52,723 bases of DNA from a virus (Duplodnaviria; Caudoviricetes). The DNA lies in the IMG/VR virus record IMGVR_UViG_3300027759_000119, positions 1 to 52,723 of that record. One strand, given 5' to 3'. Each line of letters starts with the position of its first letter. The stretch's first letter is position 1. Made by a program: the position numbers and the translations under genes. The notes under the pieces are model-generated. The model was not told where the DNA came from. It made no database searches and was given only the letters and a program-made list of their open reading frames with translations. This document shows positions 9,599 through 22,000 of the stretch, one piece after another.

Positions 9599-12500
9599 AT
9601 GGCAACAACCACAAGACAAACAGCAATATTTGGCGTAGAAGATTGGAAGCAAATCTACCAAACTTACCGCGAAGCCGACTTTCAAAGTTACGACTTTGAA
9701 ACTCTTCGTAAAAGTTTCATTGACTATTTGCGTTTGTACTATCCTGAAACATTCAATGACTACATTGAATCCAGTGAATTTATTGCCTTGCTGGATGTTA
9801 TGGCGTTCATGGGACAGGCACTGGCATTCCGTACAGACTTAAACACTCGCGAAAACTACATAGACACTGCTGAACGCAGAGATTCAGTGGTTCGTCTTGC
9901 TAACCTAGTGAGTTACACTGCCAAGCGCAACACAGCCGCAGAAGGTTTTCTCAAAGTATTCAACGTTACCACAACTGAAAATGTTGTGGATTACAACGGG
10001 GTCAATCTCAGCAATGTTACTATTAATTGGGCCGACCCAACCAATCCTGATTGGCAAGAGCAGTTTACAGCCATTATCAATGCCAGTCTTGTGGACAGTC
10101 AAAAAGTAGGCCGCCCAGGCAATCGACAGACCATTCTGGGCGTGGACACTGCTGAATATGGTATCAATTTAGTGTCAGGATTTTTACCTGTAATTCCTTA
10201 CACTGCCACAGTGGACGGCATTAGCATGCCTTTCGAAGCCACAACTTCTACTTCAGTTGGAAAAGACTATGTGTACGAACCTGCTCCTGCGCCCAACACA
10301 GTGTTCAACATGCTGTTTAGAAACGATCAACTGGGATTTCAATCAGCCAACACTGGTTACTTTTTCTATTTTAAACAAGGTATATTGCAAAATCAAGATT
10401 TTAATTTAGCTGAACGCATTGCCAACCGCACAGTGGACATCAACGTTGAAGGTGTAAACAACGACGATCGCTGGTTGTTTCAACTGGACAACATTGGCAA
10501 CATCAGCCGCGAATGGCAATTTGTTGAAAACGTGTATACCGCGGCTGAACAACGCAACAATATTTTGCAACCAATTTATTCAGTGACTTCTAGAGCCAAT
10601 GACCAAATTACCATGGTGTTTGGTGATGGGGTGTTTTCAGAGATCCCTGTGGGCATATTCCGTGCATATGTTCGTGCATCAAATGGTTTGCAATACATTA
10701 TCAATCCTGAAGAAATGCAAAATGTGGTGTTGCCCATCAGTTATACTGATCGCAACGGCAACTTGCAGACTATTACATTCACTTGTGGCATCACACGTCC
10801 TGTGAGCAACAGCCAAGCACGTGAACCCATTGGCGAAATCAAGCAACGTGCTCCTGCACGTTACTACACACAGAACCGCATGGTCAACGGCGAAGACTAC
10901 AACCTGTTCCCTTATACCCAATACAATTCAATTATTAAAAGCAAGGCGTTGAACCGTGCCAGCATTGGTACCAGTCGCTATCTTGACCTTGTGGACAACA
11001 CAGGCAAGTACTCGTCAACTAATACCTTCTCAAGTGATGGCGGTATATGGCGTCAAAATATTTTGCCAACTATTTTGTTTTCATACACCAACCGTAACGA
11101 GATTGCAGATATCATTACCAATCAGGTGCAACCTGATATTGATGGTAATACTGTGCGACAATTTTATTATTCAAATTTTCCGCGTATCACATCCACTACT
11201 CAACCTACAGGAATTACCTGGTTGAATGGTTATACCTGGAATCAAAGTACAACACTGGCCAATGAAACTACTGGCTATTTTAGAAACACAACTACCAGTG
11301 CTACCTGGCCTGATGGTACTCCTATTCCAGTGGGAGATACCACTACCACAATGTTTAAATATGTGATACCAGGCAGTTTGATCAAGTTTGTACCACCCAC
11401 TGGCTATTACTTTGACCGCAACAACAAGTTGGTCCAAGGTACCCCTATGAAAGCCGACGAACGCATGGAAATTTGGGCCAGTCCCCAACAAATCGTGGGC
11501 GATGGTTACAATGGCGGCCTGGGCAATCTAAGCACAGGTGCTGGACCGGTCACAATCAACAACTTTGTACCTTCTGGGGCAATTGTAGACACTATTATTC
11601 CGTTGTTTGTAACTGACCTCCCTAATGCTGTTGAACAAGCCATGGCCGAACAAATACTGTTGTACCGTAACTTTGGGCTAGGGTACGACAACAATGGTGA
11701 CATAACTGGTACCCCTTATACCTGGTATATCATATACAGCACTAATCTTGATGCATATTCACAAAGCAACTCTGCGCCATGGAGTCAACAGTATGCTGGC
11801 AATACATCTGGAGCCAATCTTGATGCCAGTTGGTTGGTGCAATTTGTGGTACAAAATCAAAACTACACTATCACATTCCGCGGGTTGAGTTACAACTTTG
11901 GGTCGGTACTGCAAACAAGATTTTTCTTCTACGAAGATCAACTGGTGTACGACAGTCGTACAGGTACAATTATCAAAGACTTTATTAATGTGCTGGCCGT
12001 GAATACACAGCCTGATTCAACAGCACCTCTACCTGGTGATATCTATACCACAATCATTGGGCAACCTGTAGAAAGCGATGGTTATGTTGACGATTTCCAA
12101 GTGTTGGTAAGTTATCGTGACAGTGACAATGATGGGGTGCCAGACAATCCAGATTTCTTTGATGAGATTGTTGGTAGTGCTACCACTGCTGGACCATTTG
12201 TGTTCTTGCAACAAACTGTGGACTTTGACAACTTGCAACGTTACTTGCTGGTTGAAGAAGGCATTGTGATATACAACTATGGTACATTGGACGAAATTGA
12301 ATTGGCCAAAACTGAATGGACACCAGGACAAGTGTTTTATGCCTATGAAGAAGATGCGTTTTATCAACTCAGTATCAGTGTAACTGGTGTGCGTACTATC
12401 ATTTCAGTAACTGGGTGGATTGCAAAAACTGGCAGACAAAGTTTGTATTTTCAATACCGTCATAACTCGCCACTGACCAACAGAATTGACCCAGGCTCTA

Positions 12501-13075
12501 CCAACATCATTGACTTGTATGTGGTCACACTGGGTTACTATACTTCATATCAGAATTGGTTGAGAGATACCACTGGTACTGTTACAGAGCCAGCATTACC
12601 CACCATTGATCAGTTATCAACTGACTATCAAGCACTGCAAGATTACAAAATGATTTCAGACAATATTGTGGTCAACTCGGTGATATTCAAACCACTGTTT
12701 GGTCCCAAGGCTGCACAAGAACTACGTGCCACTATCAAAGTCATACGTGCGCAGAATAGCACGGCCAGCACCAGCGAGATCAAGAGTTCAGTATTGGCAG
12801 AGATGAACACATATTTTAGCATTGACAAATGGAATTTTGGTGATACTTTCTACTTCTCAGAGTTGGCAGCGTATTTGCACCGTCAACTAGGAACCATTAT
12901 CAGTTCTGTGGTGCTGGTGCCATTAGACCAACAAAAGAGTTTTGGTGACTTGTATGAAATTCGCAGTCAGCCTAACGAAATTTTTGCAAATGGTGCAACC
13001 ATTGACAACATTGATGTTATTGAAGCATTGACCAGTACCAACTTGCGTACTGCACCTGGCAGTGGAGTAATTTAA
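9599..13075 (+). CDS. Baseplate wedge subunit gp6-like
   Basis: YDFETLRKSFIDYL, FNDYIESSEFIALLDVMA, ENYIDTAERRDSVVRLANLVSY, FGDG and IKQRAPARYYTQNRMVNGEDY are gp6 hallmarks. Confidence 0.92.
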   Translation: MATTTRQTAIFGVEDWKQIYQTYREADFQSYDFETLRKSFIDYLRLYYPETFNDYIESSEFIALLDVMAFMGQALAFRTDLNTRENYIDTAERRDSVVRLANLVSYTAKRNTAAEGFLKVFNVTTTENVVDYNGVNLSNVTINWADPTNPDWQEQFTAIINASLVDSQKVGRPGNRQTILGVDTAEYGINLVSGFLPVIPYTATVDGISMPFEATTSTSVGKDYVYEPAPAPNTVFNMLFRNDQLGFQSANTGYFFYFKQGILQNQDFNLAERIANRTVDINVEGVNNDDRWLFQLDNIGNISREWQFVENVYTAAEQRNNILQPIYSVTSRANDQITMVFGDGVFSEIPVGIFRAYVRASNGLQYIINPEEMQNVVLPISYTDRNGNLQTITFTCGITRPVSNSQAREPIGEIKQRAPARYYTQNRMVNGEDYNLFPYTQYNSIIKSKALNRASIGTSRYLDLVDNTGKYSSTNTFSSDGGIWRQNILPTILFSYTNRNEIADIITNQVQPDIDGNTVRQFYYSNFPRITSTTQPTGITWLNGYTWNQSTTLANETTGYFRNTTTSATWPDGTPIPVGDTTTTMFKYVIPGSLIKFVPPTGYYFDRNNKLVQGTPMKADERMEIWASPQQIVGDGYNGGLGNLSTGAGPVTINNFVPSGAIVDTIIPLFVTDLPNAVEQAMAEQILLYRNFGLGYDNNGDITGTPYTWYIIYSTNLDAYSQSNSAPWSQQYAGNTSGANLDASWLVQFVVQNQNYTITFRGLSYNFGSVLQTRFFFYEDQLVYDSRTGTIIKDFINVLAVNTQPDSTAPLPGDIYTTIIGQPVESDGYVDDFQVLVSYRDSDNDGVPDNPDFFDEIVGSATTAGPFVFLQQTVDFDNLQRYLLVEEGIVIYNYGTLDEIELAKTEWTPGQVFYAYEEDAFYQLSISVTGVRTIISVTGWIAKTGRQSLYFQYRHNSPLTNRIDPGSTNIIDLYVVTLGYYTSYQNWLRDTTGTVTEPALPTIDQLSTDYQALQDYKMISDNIVVNSVIFKPLFGPKAAQELRATIKVIRAQNSTASTSEIKSSVLAEMNTYFSIDKWNFGDTFYFSELAAYLHRQLGTIISSVVLVPLDQQKSFGDLYEIRSQPNEIFANGATIDNIDVIEALTSTNLRTAPGSGVI

Positions 13076-16000
13076 TGGCACGAACTAGATCAGTTGATTT
13101 TTTACCAGAAATTTTTAGAACTCCGGTTAACAAACAATTCTTAGCAGCAACTCTTGACCAAATGGTTCAAGAACCAAAATTTAAAAAGACACAAGGTTTC
13201 ATTGGACGCACGGTGGGTCCTGGCGTGAATCCCAATGACAGTTATGTAGTTGAACCAGATGTCACTAGACAAGACTATCAACTTGAACCAGGTGTTATTA
13301 GCCTCGAAGCCGATACTCAAAATGTCAAGAACGTCATAACTTATCCTGGCATGAATGATGCAATTGGATTCCAAGGCGGCGATCAGGCTCGTGCTGACCA
13401 ACTGTACAATAGTGAATATTATACCTGGGATCCATTTGTTGATTACGATGCGTTCATCAATTTCAGTCAATATTTTTGGTTGCCTAGTGGACCAGAAACA
13501 GTGGATGTACGGTCGCTTGGTGTCCCAACCAATGATAATTTTGTGGTCACAAGAGAAAATGGTGTTTACACGTTCTCAGGACTATCTGGTAACAATCCCA
13601 CAATTGATGTGGTGCGCGGCGGCAGTTATACATTCCAAGTAGCACAAAATACCAAAGAAACTGTGAACTATCGTGTCACAAACAATAGTACCACCTCATA
13701 CCTGATTGACTTCCAGGCCAACCCAACACTGACGTTGGCACGTGGTAATACCTATGTGTTCAACATTACACTCAATGGTGTATATCCTTTTTGGATCAAA
13801 ACTGCGCTGAGTCTGGGCACCGGTGATGCATACAATTCAGGCGTGTTGCGAAACGGCAGTAGTTTTGGTCTGGTGACATTTGTTGTGCCACAGGATGCTC
13901 CTGACACATTGTACTATGTCAGCGAGAATCAAACTAACTTGCGAGGCACAATCAACATTGTTGACGGCACGCCTGGTACTGGACCTGGATTTTGGATTCA
14001 AACCGCCCCGGGAGTGGATGGTGTTGTGCCTACAACTCCCAATCTCAGTAACCGCGGTGTTTATGGTGTGACCAACAACGGTGAAGACCTGGGCATAGTA
14101 ACATTTGACGTGCCACAAAAAACTGCACAAGAATTTTACTATAATCTCACCGACGTAGGCCCAATAGACTTGTTGACAGAATTAAAATTCAATCAAATTA
14201 ACAATCAGCCACTGGCACAATTTATTGAAACCTATGGCGGCATTGACGGTACCACATATCTCAATGGTCGTACACTGGTGTTTACAAATGATATTGCAGA
14301 TGCAGAAGATGGCGGCTGGATTGAAACCACATTCTATGACCCACTGCCTAGACTGGATTCATTCAACGGTGCAGTGGGCAGTTACGATTCTATCAACTTT
14401 GATCAGTCTACTCAAGTGCCACTGGCAGATCGATATCAAGTATGGCAAATTAGCACAGTAGACCGCAATGGTGTGGAATATATCAGCCTAGCAAAAATTG
14501 CTGATGTTGGGATCAATGAAAAATTTACCATCAGTTATGGCAACACATACAGCAATACCAGTTGGTACAAAAACGCTGTTGGTTATTTTCAACGCATACC
14601 TTTGTTGACAGCGTTGTTCAACGAGTTGTATTATCAGGATGGCACTGATCCAGAAATTTTTGGTAAAATTCGTCTGCTAGACCAAACAGAAACCAGTACA
14701 ATTTTTGTTGATCAGATCATTGGACAAAAAACTTATACCAGCCCCAATGGTGTGGCATTTACCAATGGTCTCAAAGTGCGTTTCACTGGTGATGTACTGC
14801 CAGTTAGTTACAGTTCAGGTACTACCACATTTACTTGTACTGCTACTCAAGCAGGCAGCAACTACATCACATGTAGTTCAACCGCAGGATTGTATGAAGG
14901 CGAAGAAATTGTATTCTCAGGCACTGCTGCTGGTGGCATTGTGGCTGGACAAAGCTATTACATCAAGTCTATAGCAGCCAATGGCATTCAATTCTCAATA
15001 GCCACTGTGACCGACGGCGCAACATTTGAATTGAGCACTGCCACTGTGGTAGGATTTACTGCGGTGGCCATTGCCAACAATGAATACTATGTAGCAGGAG
15101 TTGGCACAGCAATTGAATTGCTGCCAGTGCGAAACTTTGTTACTCCAGAAACTTATGTGGTTGATGCCAGAGACAGTACTATTGCCACAGAGCCAGGGGA
15201 AGTAGACTATCTCACAATTGATCGCGCCAGCAAAGATTTGAATGCATGGACTCGTAGCAATCGTTGGTTCCATGTAGAAGTTATCCAAGCCAGTGCCACC
15301 TACAACAATACTGTGGCCACGTTGGACAACAACTATCGCGCTAAAAGACCTATCATCAACTTCAGACCCAACATTAGATTGTACAACATGGGTACTGAAG
15401 GCAAACAGCCAGTGGACATCATTGACTTTTCAGAAACAGATGCACTTAGCAACATTGAAGGCAGCACAGGATACTCAGTTGATGGCTATACATTTGTCGA
15501 TGGTACTCGTGTAATTTTTGCCGCTGACTCAGACCCTGAAGTACGCGATAAAATTTATGTGGTGCAATTTATCACCCCCGACAGTGTGGCACCGTTGATT
15601 ACACAACCAATCATCACTCTTGTGCTGGCCAGCGACGGCGCAGTGTTGTTGGATCAAAGTGTGGTATGCCTTGAAGGAACCACACAAAAAGGTATAAGTT
15701 TTTGGTACGATGGTGTGCAATGGACCGAAGCACAACAAAAAACTAGCGTACAACAAGCACCGTTGTTCAATGTGTATGATTTGGCCGGCATCAGTTTTGG
15801 CGACCGAGCCAAATACCCATCCAGCACATTTACGGGCAGCAAATTGTTCAGTTATGCTGTGGGTGATACCGGCATACTTGATCCTATTTTGCAATTTCCG
15901 TTGCAATATTTGAACATCAACAACGTTGGTGACATTGTGTTTGAAAACAACTTGTACAAAGACACGTTTTTGTATGTAGAAGACAATGTGTCAATCACAT

Positions 16001-19000
16001 CAGACATTAGTTCGGGAGTGGCTAGAGAATACATAGACCGTACTACATTTGGCAAACTAATTGGTTGGCAAACTGCGGCAGCAAGCAGCCAACAATATCA
16101 ACAGTTTAAATTTACATACACTGGACAGACACTAAAACTTGATGTGGCAGTTGGTACTGCCACAGTGCTGCCCCCAATAAAAATTTATGTAAGTTCAGGT
16201 TACTTGATGCCTGATGAATACAGTTATCTTGTGGGCACTGACAACACAACTATTACTTTGATCAAAACTTATTTGCCCACAGATATCATTGAGGTGTTGG
16301 TGCTGAGTGAGCAGACCAGTTCAACTGCATTTTATCAGGTTCCGATCAACTTACAAAATAATCCGTTGAATACCAACAGTCCTAGTTTTACACTGGGCAC
16401 AATTCGCACACACTACGAAAGCATTTGCGAAAACTTGTTGACCCTGTCAGGCCCGGTCAACGGTGCAAACAACACCAGAGACTTGGGAAATCTTGTACCT
16501 TATGGCGCAACAATACTGCAACAAAGTTCTCCCCTGACCTTGGCTGGATATTTCTTGCGCAGTGAAAAATACAACATATTTTCAAGCCTGCAATACAACA
16601 GCAATGAATATTTGAAATTCAAAGGTCAGATGTTGAACACTGCAATTCAACAAGTGGTTCAATTTCAAACTGCCGGCGAAATACTTGATATTGCCATGGC
16701 TGACATCACTTTGGGACGTATTGAATCGCAGCCATTTTATTGGAGTGATATGATACCTGCTGGTGCAGTGTATCAAACCACAACATTTACTATATCAAAC
16801 ACCACCAACGATACATTTGATACTATTGATGTTTACAACTATACATCCGCCAACTATCAAGGCATGAATGTGTACTTGAATGGTGAGATTCTCACCAGAG
16901 ATCTTGATTATGTTGTGGCCACAGATGGTCCTCGAATTGTTGTATCAGTAACATTGACTTTGGGCGATGTGCTGACCATAAATGAATACTCTGCTACCTA
17001 TGGTAGTTTTGTGCCTAATACTCCTACCAAATTAGGTTTGTATCCTGCATTTCGTCCAGAAATTATCACACAAAAAACCAGCTCAGGCTCACAAACGGTA
17101 ATCGTAGGGCACGATGGCAGTATTACTCGAACATTTGGCGATATCAGAGATGATGTACTGTTGGAATTTGAAACAAGAATATTCAACAACTTGAAACTGG
17201 ACGGAAATCCCGTGCCAATCAGTATTACTGAAGTTCTCCCAGGGCAGTTCAGAAACACTGGATACAGTATAAGTGATATCAACAATATCTTGAGCACAGA
17301 CTTTTTGAGTTATGTGGCCTGGAACAAACTGGATTACAAAACACAAGATTACTCGGCTGCCAATGAATTTTCTTGGAACTACAGTGGAAGTACCAGTCGA
17401 TTAGACAATGCAACATTGCCCGGCGCATGGCGCGGCATCAATCGCTACTACTATGACACACAACAACCTGAAGAAACACCTTGGCAAATGTTGGGATTCT
17501 CAATTCGCCCAACCTGGTGGAATCTGGTGTACGGCGATGGCCCATACACTCAAGACAACTTGGTGTTGTGGGACGACTTGGAAGCAGGTTATGTTGCAGA
17601 CCCTGTTGCTCCGTATTATCTTCCAGAATATGCAAGACCTGGATTAACGTCAGTTATCCCCACCAGCACAGAAGGTGCATTATTAAGTCCGTTTGATTCA
17701 GTTGTGGGCACATACAATGATACCACGTTCCGCAAGAGTTGGAGTGTAGGTGACGGTGGCCCAGTGGAAGCATCATGGTGGAATAGCAGTGCATATCCAT
17801 TTGCTGTCATGCGACTGTTGGCATTGACTCGTCCCGCCAAATTCTTTGCATTGTTTGCAGATCGTGACTTGTACAAGTTTGACGCAGACCTTGATCAATA
17901 TCTCTACAACAATCGTTATAGACTCAATGCCAATGATTTGGAAATATACGGCAACGGAGTCAGCAAAGCCAGTTACATTGACTGGATTGTGGACTTTAAT
18001 CGCCAAAGCGGTATGGACAGCACTGCTGATCTCACTGCTGACCTTGGTGCACTGGATGTGAGATTGTGCTACAGAATGGCCAGTTTCTCAGACAAACAGT
18101 ACATCAAAATTTACACTGAAAAGTCTAGCCCTAACTCAACCAACACAACTTTCTTGATTCCTGACGAAAGTTATGACTTGGTATTGTACAAGAATCAACC
18201 ATTTGACCGTGCCAGTTATTCAGCAGTTGTGATACAAAAAGTTGCAGGTGGCTACGCAGTGTTTGGTTACAGCACATCACAGCCGTACTTCAACATAATT
18301 CAAAGTATCTACGCCGGACGTTTGCAAACTTACAGTGCAGGCGGTATCAGTGTACAAGTACCAACATTTTACACAAACAATGTTACGCAGATCCCATATG
18401 GATTTATTTTTGCCAGCGAAACAGCAGTATCTGACTTTTTGTTGAGTTATGGACAGTACTTAGAACGACAAGGTTTAGTATTTGACAATCGCACCAATGG
18501 GTATGAATTAAACTGGGGACAGATGGTCAATGAGTTTTTGTACTGGAGTCAGCAAGGTTGGGACGAAAATGCCTTAATTAATTTGAATCCATTGGCATTC
18601 AAACTCAGCATCTCTCGTGACAATGCTGTGGTAGATAGCATTGCTGCACAAACATCTGACAATATTCTATTAGATCAGAATCGTAGAGAGTTGCCCACAC
18701 GCAATCTTATTATCACACGACTAGATAACACGTTCACTTGTGAACCTGCCACAGATCAAACACTCAGTTATATTGATTTAAAATACACTTCTTATGAACA
18801 CATGATTGTGTTGAACAATGCCAGTGTGTTTGGCGATTTGATTTATCAACCTGTGACAGGTGCTCGTCAAAGTCGATTAAATTTAATTGCTGTGACCACC
18901 ACTGAATGGAACGGTTCAGTAGATGCACAGGGCTTTATTCTCAACCAAGACAACATTCAAGACTGGAATTCATATTCAACATATACCAAAGGCCAAATTG

Positions 19001-22000
19001 TCAAGTACAAAGGAGCCTATTGGTCAGCAGCCACGATTGTGCAACCCACAGCAGTATTCAACGCCAACGACTGGCTGGCCAGTGATTACACTCGTATTGA
19101 ACTGGGCTTGTTGCCTAACTTGGCCAACAAGGCAAACCAATTACAAAACAGTTACAATATAAACTCGGCCAATCTTGAAACAGACAATGACCTGTTGAGT
19201 TACGGCTTGATTGGATTCCGTCCGCGCCAATACATGACATCATTAAATCTTGATGATGTCAGCCAATTGAATGTGTACAGACAATTCTTAGGCTCAAAAG
19301 GTACCATACTCAGTGCCGAACTGTTTGCTCAGGCCAACCTGGGTAAAGAATCTGCGGACTACAGTATCTACGAAAACTGGGCAGTACAACGTGCAGTGTA
19401 TGGTGCCAATGCCAATCGCAGTTTCTTCCAGTTGCGATTGAATCGTGCATTGTTGGATTCCAACCCCAGTTTAATACAAATTGTCAATCCTCAGGAAACC
19501 AGTCAAGCAGATCAAACTGTTTTGGTGTCAGATATATGGCGCCAAAGTTACAATATCACTTCCCCAGACATACTGCCTACCACTACCACATTACCCACAG
19601 ACATAGCACTGCCAACAGCAGGTTATGTGAATCTCAATGATGTGGACATCACAGTGTTTAATATTGACAATACCGATAGTCTGGCTGCAAACATCAATTC
19701 AATTGGTGTTGGTACAAATGTATGGGTGGCAAAGATTAATGCATATGATTGGGCTATTTACAGAACTCAATCAGTTCCAGGCACTATCAATCACGTGTGC
19801 GACAACTTAGATGGAACCAGTTTGGTCATATTCTCTGGACAACACGGGCTCACAGCCAACGACAAACTGGTCATACGATTCTTTGACACCGAAGTTGATG
19901 GTGTATACTCTGTAATCAGTGTGGTAAGTCTTGACACAATCACTGTTGCATTTAGTTTTACAGGTGATCGTACAGTAGTCAACGGAACAGGGCTAGGTTT
20001 TACTTTACAAACTCAGCGTGTTGCCCAAGCCAGCGATGTATTGAATCTTCCTTACGCTAACACTATTGAACCAGGAGCCAAAGTTTGGGTAGACGACAAT
20101 GGCAGCGGACTGTGGACCGTGCTTGAAAAACAAGAAGTGTTTACTGAATTATTGGGATTGAGTCCTGCAGAAGTTGACCAAGGCGAACAATACGGCAGTG
20201 CAATAGCACAAGCACAAAATAGATATGCTGCCTTGGTTGGCAGTCCAAGATATCGATTCCCAGTAGGCGCCACACAATGGACCATTGCTAATGAATATGT
20301 TGAATTTTCAATTGTGTATGTGCCAGATCCTTTGCAGACAGAATTTTTCTATGCACCTGCACCTGTGCCACAAGGCATCAGCATTTATAACACTGCATAC
20401 TGGACTCCGTATCCATTGACCAACTTACCACCACGTGGCGGAGTTTATGTGTACGTCAAAAGCGACAGCAATGTGTATGCACCAGTCAGTGCCCTGGCAC
20501 CCAATGACGCTGTGTTAAGTCTTGATGTGTTAGACGTCAGTGGCGGCCCATACAATGGGCAAACTGCGGCACGTGAGTATGGTACTAGTGTGGATTTCGG
20601 CAATCAAACCTGGGCAGTGGCCGGAGCACCGGGCAGTTTAGGGTCAACTGGCACAGTGGACAATGGTTATGCTGTGGTCATTTTCAGAGATCCACAACTG
20701 GCGGCACCTGGAAATATTCCTTATGGCCAGTGGCAATTGTTGACCAGCCCAGGATCTATCACTGCCGCTGAAGAATTTGGTTACAGTGTTGCAATCAGTC
20801 AAGATGAACGCTGGATGTATATTGGCGCACCTGGTGCGAATGCTGTGTATGCATACGGCCGTGTGGACTGGGAGTTGCAGAATCTCAAAGCAGTGGGCGA
20901 TGGCGCAACCACCAATTATTTCATTGGCGATGTAATCAAGATTGATGCCAACACACAACTCACAGTCAGTGTTGACGGCGATGAACAAATTTTAGGCACA
21001 GACTATGTTGTGCTTAATTCATTGACCATGGTGGTGTTTACTACACCTCCTGCAGAAGGCAACGCCATTGAGATTATTAGAACCAGTCGTAAGATTCTTG
21101 ACTATCAAGCCACTTACAACGTAAGCCAGTCTGCAACCAGTGGTGCAGGACTAGGAGCCAAGTTTACTGTGGTGTATCAACGTAACGAAGTTGGACAGCC
21201 TGCAGCCGGCAAAGGCTTGGTATCAGTTACCACAGGTGGTGCAAATTACACAGTGTCTGACACTATAACTTTGAGTGCTGCCAGTTTTGGTGGCGCCCTA
21301 GCCAATGGTAACATCACTCTCACAGTGACCAGCATAGGTGCAGGAGGATCAGTTACTGGATTTTCCACTGCCTACACGCCGTCAGTGTTAGTAAGCACAT
21401 TCTCATTGAATGAATATTTGTTTAGTGCTGACAACATTTACAGTTTTACTTTGTTGGTAGATGGTGTAGTACAACGTCCTAACATTGACTATACATTTAA
21501 CAATGCCACATGTGATGTGACATTTGCAGCAGCATCTAATCCGCCCGCAGGTGCAAGTATTATTGTACGTGCCGAAGGCTATTTTGAATATTCAGGCACA
21601 ATCACATACGCCGGTTCACAAGCAGGTGATAGATTTGGGCACACAGTCAGCACCAGCACTGATGGTCGACAAGTATTGATTGGTGCACCATATACCACAG
21701 AATCTAGTCTCACCGAAGCAGGCACAGTGTATGTGTTTGATCGAGATGTACAGCGATTCTTCTACGGCACCGAAGGATCAACTGTGTCGTTTACAGTATT
21801 AGGATCAGTGTCAGAACCAGTTAGCGTGTTGGTCAACAACACATTCTTTGTGAACGAATTGAGTGCAGCACCTGATGAAACTGACACATTCTCAGTGAAC
21901 GGCAACACTATTACCATACTTGGCAATTTACAAGTGGGCGACATTATTGAGATTGAAACCAATAATTTCCAGTTTGTACAGGCAGTTGCACAAAACGCAG

